Origin: the human T2T-CHM13v2.0 reference genome, Homo sapiens
Assembly (NCBI GenBank): GCA_009914755.4
Contig: CP068257.2
Location: 22,752,001-22,816,000 of the forward strand
DNA length: 64,000 bases
Reading direction: 5' to 3'
The translations under genes and the position numbers were made by a program. This document shows, one piece after another, positions 53,436 to 64,000 of this stretch (position 1 is its first letter; each line of letters opens with the position of its first letter). The notes beneath the pieces are model-generated. The model saw nothing but the letters and a program-made list of their open reading frames with translations. It ran no database searches and was not told the DNA's origin.

Positions 53436-56400
53436 CTACCACCACAATTACTCTGTTATTCGCCAACAGGAAATATTTTACTTCTTCAAAAAAGGCACTT
53501 TCACCTGTTTTCTTTATTGCTATGTGATGTTCATTCAATCTCACTTACCCAGTGCAGTTTCCCCAGGCCCAGAGATTTCTGGTTAACACCTATTCTTGGC
53601 ATCTTAGTTGGTTATCAATTTTTTCCAGAATATATTTATTGACCACTACCCCACTCCATTCATTTTGATTAAATGTGTTAAACATAACCCATGAAACCAG
53701 CACTTTCATGTCAATCTATAGTTTTCATAATCTTAGAATTCTTCAGATTTTATTGAACTTAGTTTTGTTCATTTAACCCTCAAACTTGTAAGCTTGGTGG
53801 AATTTTGGTTTGGGGTTCTTTATATCTCTAGTACTTAGCACTAAGCATGGCATAAGTTCTCAAGAAACATTGACATTAATTGGTGATTTGTTAAATTTTC
53901 ATTTTATTCCCAAGGAGGTTCTTACTTCACAGGTTATTCATATAACATTTTGCAAAGTAAAAATGTTAAAAACTAATCATATTTTTAACTGTATGTGCTT
54001 TCCATTTGTATATGTTCCATGTGAGTATTTTAAATTTATAAGCATAACGTATACATTTAAAGCAATATACAAAACCTAGAATAAGTATTTTCTACAAATT
54101 TAAAAAACTATACAAATAAATTAAAAATATAGATTTTAGCAATTCTGATTTCTTCAGGATCTGCAGGACAACAGCCGCTTGTTTGTGATTTAAAAGCACC
54201 AATAAAATTGAATATGAATCACATGAATAAGCAGACCCCCACTCAAGATTCAGGTACTGCAAGGTGTCTGCATTTCGAGACAACACAGGGTTTCAATTAC
54301 AGCAATTACTCAAGATGTTAACAAGGGATACTACTGTAAGATTTTTATGATGGTCAAAGGATAAAATACAGCAGTAGAAAGAAAATACAGACAAACATCT
54401 AAGATGATTGAGACATTGAGGCATATCTTCCAGGGTTAACTGTCAATCACACAGGATGTAATTTGTCTCCAGACCATGAACTGCCAAAAATGTATAATAT
54501 CTTGGCTTGGGGAAGACTCATTCATACTCAAGGTGGTGTTTTTTATATTTTATAACCCTCTGGAAGCATGGCCATATTCAATAGCAGAAATAGGTCAAAA
54601 CAGTCACCAGATGCAAACATGCATTCTGGATATATTCTGTACAGAATGGATTGGAAAGGTTGCATTCCTTCTGGAAGAGGTAGGGAAGAACAATTTCCTT
54701 GACTTTTCCAGGTTCTAGAGGCCACCAGCATGTCTCAGCTTGTGTCTCCACATCCCTCCAAATTCTACTTCTTCTCATTACATCTTTTTTTGACTCTGAT
54801 CCTCTGACTCCATCCTATAAGGACCTTGTGATCACATGCAGGGTAACCTCTCCATCTAAAGATCCTCAACTCATCACATCCACAAAGTTCCATATACAAT
54901 GTAAAGTAATATCAGTATCAGATATTAACAGGTAGAAATCGTTTTGGAGGAGATCCCACAGCCAGTTTTTAATTTGGGCATTGGGTGTTGGCAGAGGAAC
55001 CAAGTGTAAATTATACCCCACCTGTTTAAATTCTCATAGATTGGTGGGATAATAATTATCCTGTACATCGATTTACTGTACTTCTACTAACAAGATGCTT
55101 CACCTGTCTGTTTGAATATCTGTAGGAATATGCCTCATTTTTCATCTTGAATCAGTGTCCATGATCTTTCCCAAATTTGACCTCCTTTAACATGTTGTCC
55201 AACTGTTTGCTGAGTTTGTGTAATCTATTTTTAAATCTATATTATGTGTTCAAATTTCTTGACACTTTTTAAATATCATCCCTTCTAATTAGCCAATAAA
55301 ATCAACGTTTTTTCCCTCAATATGACTGTTTTTTAGGTTCATTTATCCTTTTCTAGGAATCCTATTTTTATGTCAATTATATTTAAGTCTCTTTTTCACA
55401 GCAACATTTAAAGGTATGATCATGATGTCGTGTTTAGTGACCAAGCTTTTCTTAGGATTTCATAAATTTAATCCATTTCCTGCCACTGCAATTTTAGGCA
55501 GAGAAAAAAAAAATAGAAGAAGTGAAAATGTATGTAAATTCCTATGCCATTCCCCATTATCGCTTTCCTATATTCCTTACCTTATCTCAACCATTGATTA
55601 GATGGTGACCTCTTCACTTCTACATACATTTGTTCAATCATGTGACTCATCTCTTCGGTCTTTTCTGAAACCTCAGTTTTACAAACAGGTGTTTCAATTG
55701 TCCTTTTTTTTTTAAATCAGTCCACTATCTTGTGACTTGTAAGGAAAATGATACTTTCATCGTACATGTTTCTTAACCTCAAACAAGTGTTATGGTGCAC
55801 CTGCAGAAAAATGATCTCTTCATCATTTGACAAAGCAGTGGATCCAAACTGAAATAATGTTTCTAGCCAAAGACCCCTAGTATCTTTATGGCATCTTGTT
55901 CAGGTACCAGATATCAGATATGCAAGTCCAAATCCAGAATCAATATAATTTAAGTCAGTATCCCCTAATTATTCAGTTAGAATCCTGGAAGGTGGTTAAA
56001 TGTAACAGATATGTCATTTATGGGTCAGCCTGATCCTCTTGGTAACATGAAACATAACTGTCTTTAGGCTTATATGTCTTTTGACAAAAGGCAAAGTGTT
56101 ATTCAAAGTTAAATTTTTGAAGAAGAAAGTGGAGTATTCTCCTTTTATTCTGCTAATTGTTGCATTGCTCAAATGACTTAATTACCTCTCATTATGTCTA
56201 CCTAAGAGGCCACTTCCAATAAAAGATTGAGGTCATCAGTTTGTTTATTTTATTCCCCTGCTGAAGTAAGAAATGCTTTTTTTTTCCTTCTCTAACTGCA
56301 TGATAATTTTTCATAATAAGCACTCGACACTGTGATTCCTTTTAGTTTCCAGTCATTTAAGGCCCATTTTTTGACCACATAGCCAGTTTATTGGCTACTG

Positions 56401-56595
56401 TCCAAAACTGATATAAATCCATACACTATTATTATTATCACTCCCCAGTTTCTCTGATAGCATGGGCAACACCATTTTCTTCCCAATGAGTGGATTTACC
56501 TTCACCCCTTATGAAGTACGTGCAATTATCCACCAGTTGTAGTACAGCTGCTTCCAGATTGAAGGCCAGCTCTCCACCGTTGAAAAGTAAACCCT

Positions 56596-56945
56596 GCTGT
56601 GTTTTTTTTGTTTTTGTTTTTGTTTTTGTTTTTGTTTTTTTGTTTTTTTGGTTGGTTTGTTTGTTTTTACTGAGATGGAGTCTCAATTTGTCACCCAGGC
56701 TGGAGTGCAGTGGCGCGATCTTGGCTCACTGCAACTTTCGCCTCCTGGGTTCTCCTGCCTCAGCCTCCCTGTAGCTGGGATTACAGGTGGGCGCCATGAT
56801 GCCCAGCTAATTTTTTGTATTTTTTAGTAGAGACGGGGTTTTGCCATGTTGGCCAGCTGGTCTCAAACTCCTGACCTCAGGTGATCTGCCTGCCTCAGCT
56901 TCCCAAAGTGCTGGGGTTACAGGTGTGAGCCACCGTTCCTGGCCA
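56596..56945 (-). mobile_element. Full-length Alu, minus strand, with expanded (GTTTTT)n tail-derived microsatellite
   Basis: ctgctgtgtttttttgtttttgtttttgtttttgtttttgtttttttgtttttttggttggtttgtttgtttttactgagatggagtctcaatttgtcacccaggctggagtgcagtggcgcgatcttggctcactgcaactttcgcctcctgggttctcctgcctcagcctccctgtagctgggattacaggtgggcgccatgatgcccagctaattttttgtattttttagtagagacggggttttgccatgttggccagctggtctcaaactcctgacctcaggtgatctgcctgcctcagcttcccaaagtgctggggttacaggtgtgagccaccgttcctggcc. Confidence 0.95.
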
Positions 56946-57674
56946 ATCTGCTGCTTGTTTAGCAACCTCCAGTAACTGATCATATATAGGAACTCATTTG
57001 GCAGTGAAGTGAGGGCAACTCCTCAGGAGGAACCAAAATAACAAGACTCAAAGACATGGAAGAAACTCTTCATGTAGGCAATATGTGCCTCCAGGGGTCC
57101 TCCGACACAGGTGCTTGAGCATTTGATGTGGAAACATGTTTGTACATTTCCCTCCCTACTGGAATGTTGTTCTGACATAGTCCATTTCATGATGGGTATA
57201 TGATATCAAATAATAATTTATGCATTCTTATAATGAAGAATTTTAATAATAATAATAATAAAAGCAGTTTTAAATAAAGCCCAGAATAACAGTTGCCTTT
57301 CAAAGAAATGTATTTAGTAGCAGCCTCAAGTCACTTTATAGTAAAATCTTAACAGTTATGGGTGGCAGTTAAGAACTTATTCCAAAATTCCTAGTAATGT
57401 GAGTACAGTGGCTGACATTTCAAATACCGTTGAACCTGTTTGGCATTCTCAGAGGAATTATCTGGGTTATTACTCTTTGAAGCTCCAAGAGAGATGGCTT
57501 TTGCTCAGAGTCCCATGCAAATTAACTTTCATAAAAATAAATTGGTAAACACAAAACAAAGAAAAAAATAGTTTGAATAATAGGTTAGTATGTTCCTCAA
57601 TATAGTATGAAATTTCTCTAGAAACCAAAAATCCTATTAGTCTTGTGCACCTTTTTGGATTTGGAGCTTGCAGA

Positions 57675-57704
57675 GAATAACTTGTATGTGTATGTGTGTG
57701 TGTG
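57675..57704 (+). repeat. (GT)n microsatellite
   Basis: tatgtgtatgtgtgtgtgtgtgtgtgtgtg. Confidence 0.9.
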
Positions 57705-60700
57705 TGTGTGTGTAAGAGCTCTAGTATCTCTGACCCAGGTAATTCCTAATAATTTCACCATTTTGCTGTCCCAGTATTTTAACCAGCTATTTATTAGTTA
57801 ACCCCCAGTTGTCAAACGATGAGTCCAGGGAGAAATGAACATTATATCATAAACATAATGAATTACAATATTTTAAATAAAAATCTAAACCTCAGGTTGT
57901 CGTGATAAGAAATATAATTTTAATATTTCTGGGGGTGAAAATAAACATGTATTGGAATCAACCCCACAGGAATACAAATAATGTTTTATTTTCTCCTGAA
58001 AAGAAAGCATTAATCAAATAGGTTACAGAATAAAATGACCCTTAGCTTGTTGGTTAGTGGTAGGATAACCTATAATCTGTATTTTTAAAAAATAAAATAA
58101 CAATAATACCAAAATACCTTGATCACAACCTCACTTTATACAAAAATTAACTTGCAAATCAATCATAGAAAGAAATATTTTAAAAGTACAAAATATTTGC
58201 AAACCTAGGGGAGGTAAATATTTCTTGGCCAGGACATGAAAGCGCTACATATGAAATAGAGGACAAATGGGTTACATCCAAGTTAAAAATATCTATTCAT
58301 TACAATATTTTTTTTGTAGAAAAAGAAATGGCACCAATACATAAATTAACCAAAAAAAAAACATATTCATAACTAAAAAGCTTTAAATAGAGTACAAAAA
58401 ACACTCCAACAACTCAATAATGAGAAGATATTAAAATTAAATAATACACAAAAAGACTGGAACAGGCAATTCACAACAAAAGTTATGTAAATGGAAAACC
58501 AGTGGGTAAAACAATACTCAATATATCATTAGTCATGAAGGGAATGCAAATTAAGAACAACAAGATACTACTATTATTCAGTGCACTAGCATGGCTTAAA
58601 TTTGAAAGAACGACAACACCAAATGTTGCTGAGGACATGAAACAACCGGAATCCATTATACTGAAAAGACCATATAATGGTATATCCATTTTACAGTCTA
58701 TATGACAATTTCTTATCAAGCTAAACACACATTCATTCTTTCACAAAGAAGTTTAACTTACAGTTATTCACCAAAGATAAATGAGAGTATATAAGCACAG
58801 GAAGAATTTATACTAATGTTCATAGAGCTCTGATTTTTAAAAAATCTAATACTGTAAACAGCCCAAGTGATAGTATAGCCATGCAATGGAATATTACTCA
58901 ACAACAACAAAAATAAATGTTGCAAATAGTCATTGCCAATAATGCAACAATATGGAAGAATCTCAGTTTATGTTGAATGAAAGAAGCCAAACAGAAAATA
59001 TTGTACAATTTCACTTATAAGAAGCTCTAGAACAGGCACAATTATGATAGTGAAGATCAGATCAATGTTTGCTTTAGATAGGACATGAAAGAGATTTCCT
59101 AAAAGGAAAAACAGGATCTTCCTAAGGTGATGATAATGGTCTGTATCTTTGCTGAAATGGTGAGTACAGAAACAAACATATTTGTCATTGAGCTTGCACT
59201 ACAAATTATTGAGCTGTACACTAACCTATGCATTTTATTGCATGATATATTCTATATAGGATATTTCATAATATATTCTACAAACACCCTAGTGGGACAT
59301 CAACAGGAAGCTGTATACAAATATGCTTCCACCAACTAGAATAATGTAGCATAGTACATGAAATTAATTACAGTCTTAAATTATAAATAGATAATAGAGG
59401 TCATTCAGCACAATCCTATACGAAAATTAGAAGTAATAGCTGCTGCTTGAAAGGTCATAGGGTCATCAACACTTTAATTTAGCATTCACCATTATGGGAA
59501 CTCATTTTATCACAGTGTGATAATAGCTTTCATCATTGCAAAAGTGCTGATATGATCAAGAAACTTCCATGACATCTTTCCTTTAGTCCTGGTTTTGATC
59601 TTTGAACTGTATGATGTGGGATGCATTCCTCCTCATGAGACAATCTTTTAAATGAAAATATGTATTTAACTTATTATGGTTTGCAGTTTCCCACACTGAA
59701 GGATAATTAATTCCACTATACAACACATTAATTTTCAAATGTGTAACCCTTTTGGTTATCCTTCAGTTTGTCAATATCCCTCACTGAAAATTGATCTTAA
59801 AAATAAACAGACTAGGTAAGGTGTGATCTGAGGAGTAGAGCTCTATTGTTTCTGAACACTACACTTCTAATCACAGTGTGTCTGCTGATTTGTAAATTTG
59901 AGTCAATTAAATCCCTGCCTAACCCACTATTGTTACAGTTCATTAGCTTTGACCTAAATATTAGAATTACGCTTATTCTCTTACATTCTATTACATTTTC
60001 AAAACCAATTTTTTCTACATTATGATTCCAATTTCAAATAAGCTAAATTGAGACAAATATATCTAATATGTCTAAATTCAGATATTAAGAAAAAGCATGT
60101 TGAATCAGACAGAACTATTTTATCCAGGAGACTTACATAAGACAATAGTTTGGCAGTTGTCCATAAGAAACTTTCTAAATCTATTTTCACTCAGTAAAAA
60201 TAGCATGCATGATTTATTCTCCTCAAACATTCACTTTTGTTTTTCATAGAACACATTTCAAGCAAATTCTGATTTTAAGCTTTCCGTTGCTGTTACCCCA
60301 TTTTTTAAATTTGCTAGACATTTTTAGCACTCTTAAAGCACTTGTGTAATAATTTGTTATAGCTCTTTACCTTTAGGAAACATTTGATTGAAAACTGGCA
60401 AACAAGTAATTACAAAACTCCGGGATGCAACAAAAAATTACTCCACTATTCTAGGTAGTTTGTCTGTAATAGATGCCCTCTAAATGCAATTTTATTGATT
60501 GCTTCCATTTTGTATTTAAAAATAAATTCTAGTAATAATTATAAAAAATTAAATTTCTGCTTGGTAAATTTAATGAATACATCAGATGTTAAATTACTTT
60601 GCCTATGAGCACATGACCTCTCATAATTAATTAAATGGCTCAAACTCATTCTTTTTATATTAACTCCAGAGAAGCCTGCAGAGGAGTTATTCTATATTTG

Positions 60701-62280
60701 GAAAAGGGTTTAAGAGTATTGCTTGTTTTATTACAAAATTGACCTAACATTAGTGTGGTATTAAAAAACTTGATACAAATGAAGTCAGAACTAGAGCATA
60801 CTGACAGATCTTTTGCCTGACTTATTTTCTAGATCATTTGAATTAATTAGGGTAAAACATAAGATTTGGATACATTTATTTATATTTGACTTAATTTTGA
60901 ACTAATAGAAAGACAGTCAATCCTGGAATTTTTATTTATACTCAGGCTGTAAAATGGATTGTCTCATTTTTAGGTTACTAAATGCCCTTGTGTTGTGAAT
61001 ATGTGGAATTATAACCATCAGGAATGTTTCTTACCTCATTCTTCAAGCAGATGACTAGAATTCCAGTTTTACACTAGATCATTATTTTAAATGAAACCCA
61101 CTTGGGCTAACTGTCATGTAATCAGAAGAGTCACACCATGGTGAATTTAATTAAAGACATAATTATATGTTTTCACTTAATCAGAATAGCAACCTTAATC
61201 TTTACCTACAGAAAAGACTCATTTGCCAATTTTACATGACATATTTTATATGGTTAGTGACTTAAAATATTATTTTATCACATACTGTCATAAATAATGT
61301 TTATTGATAAGAGGAATTCAAAAGGCACTAGAGCAATTTAGTGCACATTTTTTTAAAAGCAAGTGTAGACTCTTCCTATGGTAAGTTTACTTAAAAATTA
61401 TGCTACTGTATAATGTTTGGTTGTTGCAAAATATGTCAGTTACTCCAATGCAACAGTCACCTTTTGGAAGACAGTATCTGGTCATAAGTAGCATTTGCTC
61501 ATGAGTTAACAAGTAGAATAAATACGATGCATACATAATTATGAGTTTACCACTAAACCTGATTAAGGTGACAAATTCAACATAAAATATCTCACTACTA
61601 AATCATATAATGTTGTAAACCTGTGTGAAGTATTGTCTGGATCTTTATTATTCTAAATATTCCTGATATTCTGATTAATATAATTGGGAGCCTCTTGCTT
61701 TAATCCCTCAGGTTAGAATGGTTACATTCTCTTTATACACAAATGCTGGCCTCTCCTTAATTTTTTCTTCTATTGTTGACTTCATTTTAGAATAGCCACA
61801 ATTACCAGTAACTGCATTCCTGAATTTTCTGGAATGGCATTTTAACAAAACATTCATGTCTGTGTCACAGGAATCTTGGGGTATTGCTTCACCAGCCAGA
61901 AACCTCTGTGGTCAGTGGCACCATTGCTTGAGTTTTGCTCGGCTGTTGGGCTTGTTCTGCCCACTCAGCATGGCACGCTGTGCTCAGCTTGTGCTACTGG
62001 CCTGGATCCCATGCCTGCCAAAGGCAAGCCAAGTGCAAAGTGGCAAGGGGTGTGTACGCAAGCATGGATTCTGATCACTGCACACAGCCAGGCATGCTGG
62101 GTGTGGCAGGGTGGGTAGCATCGGACTCTGGCATGGGCACTGGCTAACTGTGAAGTTGCAGCTGGACCAGGTGTCCCACAAGCAGCTTCCATGACTGGCA
62201 CTGGGAAATGTAGCGAAACTTGGAGAAGCCAGGGACCACAAAGTCCCAAAGAGGGTATAGCCCTGGCTTGGGGAGCCAAT

Positions 62281-62388
62281 GTATATAATACATTTATATA
62301 TAGTTATATAATACATTAATATATATTATACATAATATATATTATATATAATACATTTATATATAATATAAATAATACATTTATATAC
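62281..62388 (+). repeat. AT-rich tandem repeat (about 16-bp ataatacatttatata-like units, imperfect)
   Basis: gtatataatacatttatatatagttatataatacattaatatatattatacataatatatattatatataatacatttatatataatataaataatacatttatatacac. Confidence 0.8.
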
Positions 62389-64000
62389 ACGTACACACAA
62401 ACACACCCACATATGCATTTAAACAAGGTTTTACAAAGCAATACTAAATACAGTGATATCTGATGTTTTCAATCCCATTCACTTTTCTTCTAATATACAT
62501 AAATTAAAAATTAAGCAACATTGCAAGCTATATGGTTGATTTACTTACCCACAGATAGATCACACTCTGAAACCTAAGGACTTACTCTTTGAGGACTAAC
62601 TTATTTGCAGAGGATTTTAAAGGAGGAGATGCTAGCAGAAGAAAACATAATTTCAGCAAAGATAGTGTTTATTATTTTAAAAACTTATATTGTATAAAGT
62701 TGGGCCATTCACAAATATTTTACTTTACCTCTCCTTTAAAAAAATGTTAAAATGTTAATAATGCTCTTCTGAATCTACTCTCAAAGTAGACATTGTTATT
62801 AATCTTGGTTGGGCCAAACAAAGGTTAATAAAAGTAATATTACACTTCTAGAGAGAATTAGGAAACAGCACACATTGCCACCTTCTCCCTTTACTGTCGT
62901 GATGAATTGTGTTCCAGACGGAGCAAGGTCTGCCATATTTAATTCCAGAATGAGAGGACACTGCACAGTTCCAGCCAACTCCCAATGAACCAGTAGAATC
63001 AATGAGAAATAAAACTTTTTTGTTACTATAGCATAGTCTGAAATAAAACATTTCTTTGTTCTGTACCATAGTCCAGTTGATTTGACACTCAAAAGTGAGT
63101 CATGAACTAACATAAAATAAAAATATTTGGTATTGGCTTGGTAGTTTGCTGAATAGCAGCAATGATGCTGTTTCAGAGTTTGGAAGAACCATGTAAGTGC
63201 CAATGAAATATTAGGGGACATTTTGACCTGCAGTAACTTGGAAAACAGCATAACGAACGTACATAGCCTTACCGGAAGTAGTTAGAAAAGAAAAAGATAG
63301 CTCTATTTGGCAAAGTACAATAAGTACATGAACATAGGAAAGAACTGACTATTTTTTGAGCAACAGTGAAAAGAAATAAAGGGAGTCCAGGAATTTAAGA
63401 ACTTTCAGGATTGTAAAGGAAACCCGCTTCTCAACCCTAAAGGTTATGTCGAAACTGAGGTCATTGAGCAATAAAGAGTAATTATTATTATAATTTGAGG
63501 CAAGGGTTAAAAGAAAATATTCTGCCTCTCAAACCTATTGTTAAAGAATTCTGAGTGGAATGAGGTATCTCCCAATAAAGATCCAAATAAACACAAGATA
63601 CCCAATAAAAAATTGACATAAGCACTCACTGTCTAGGCTCAAGATTCTTTAAATTAAGTGAGAAACGCACATTGAGAAACAGACAGAAACAAAGACAAAA
63701 AAAAAATAATAAAGAAAACATTCCCCTGAAAAAATTAAAAGAATAGACATGAAGCAGAATCAACCTTTCAAATGAGATATTGGTCTGGTGTTATGATCCC
63801 CCTCCCACGTGATAGCTTATCAGTGTCTCCTGATGCAGAAAATTACTGGACATGAGGATCAAAAAAGTGATAGATTTTATTAATCACTATAAAAGTTTTG
63901 AGTAATAAGAAATTTTATTGCACAAGTATCTTGAAGACAGTTTGTAATATCAGTAAGTTTTGGATGATAAAGTTCCAAAGAACAATTAAGGTATATTAAC

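Noticed and set aside
56596-56670. Regularly spaced GTTTTT repeats that superficially resemble a short repeat-spacer array
   Set aside because: The units are contiguous with no unique spacers and sit exactly at the poly-A (here poly-T) tail of a minus-strand Alu. This is a tail-derived microsatellite and not a CRISPR array. The [11 protein letters not shown] at 56438-56686 is its translation artefact.
61856-62316. Cluster of five overlapping ORFs (70-110 aa) on both strands
   Set aside because: Mutually overlapping frames on both strands in a GC-rich patch indicate stop-codon depletion by composition rather than coding. The peptides are low-complexity. The segment is kept as a finding only as an unclassified GC-rich element.
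62799-63251. 150-aa minus-strand ORF
   Set aside because: It has no recognisable domains. It is flanked by AT-rich sequence with no splice-site or promoter context that I can support. An ORF of this length arises readily by chance in 64 kb.

Overview
This window reads as primate, most likely human, nuclear DNA rather than a prokaryotic or viral locus. It is AT-rich, CpG-depleted and densely packed with interspersed repeats: at least 11 Alu or free left Alu monomer (FLAM) copies, several L1 fragments of different ages, multiple THE1/MST/MLT MaLR LTR retroelements, a decayed class I ERV locus, a MADE1 MITE, a MIR fragment, and many microsatellites and poly-A derived repeats. Several Alus carry intact target-site duplications (TSDs), and there are nested insertions: Alu, FLAM, an MLT1 LTR and a ~100-bp L1 tail inside an older L1, an Alu at the exact 5' end of a THE1 LTR, and a full-length MaLR element next to an ERV LTR fragment. 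I could not support any protein-coding exon, tRNA, rRNA, CRISPR array or prokaryotic-type operon. The ORFs in the six-frame track are short, low-complexity, overlap repeats, or fall in a GC-rich patch where stop codons are rare, so I treat them as spurious. I did not find an undescribed biological system here. The most useful second looks are the deleted ERV locus, the full-length MaLR element, a possible mir-548-type hairpin in the MADE1 copy, and two unclassified GC-rich segments. Repeat family names come from memory of consensus sequences, not from a database search. Coordinates of diverged elements are approximate, within tens of bp.
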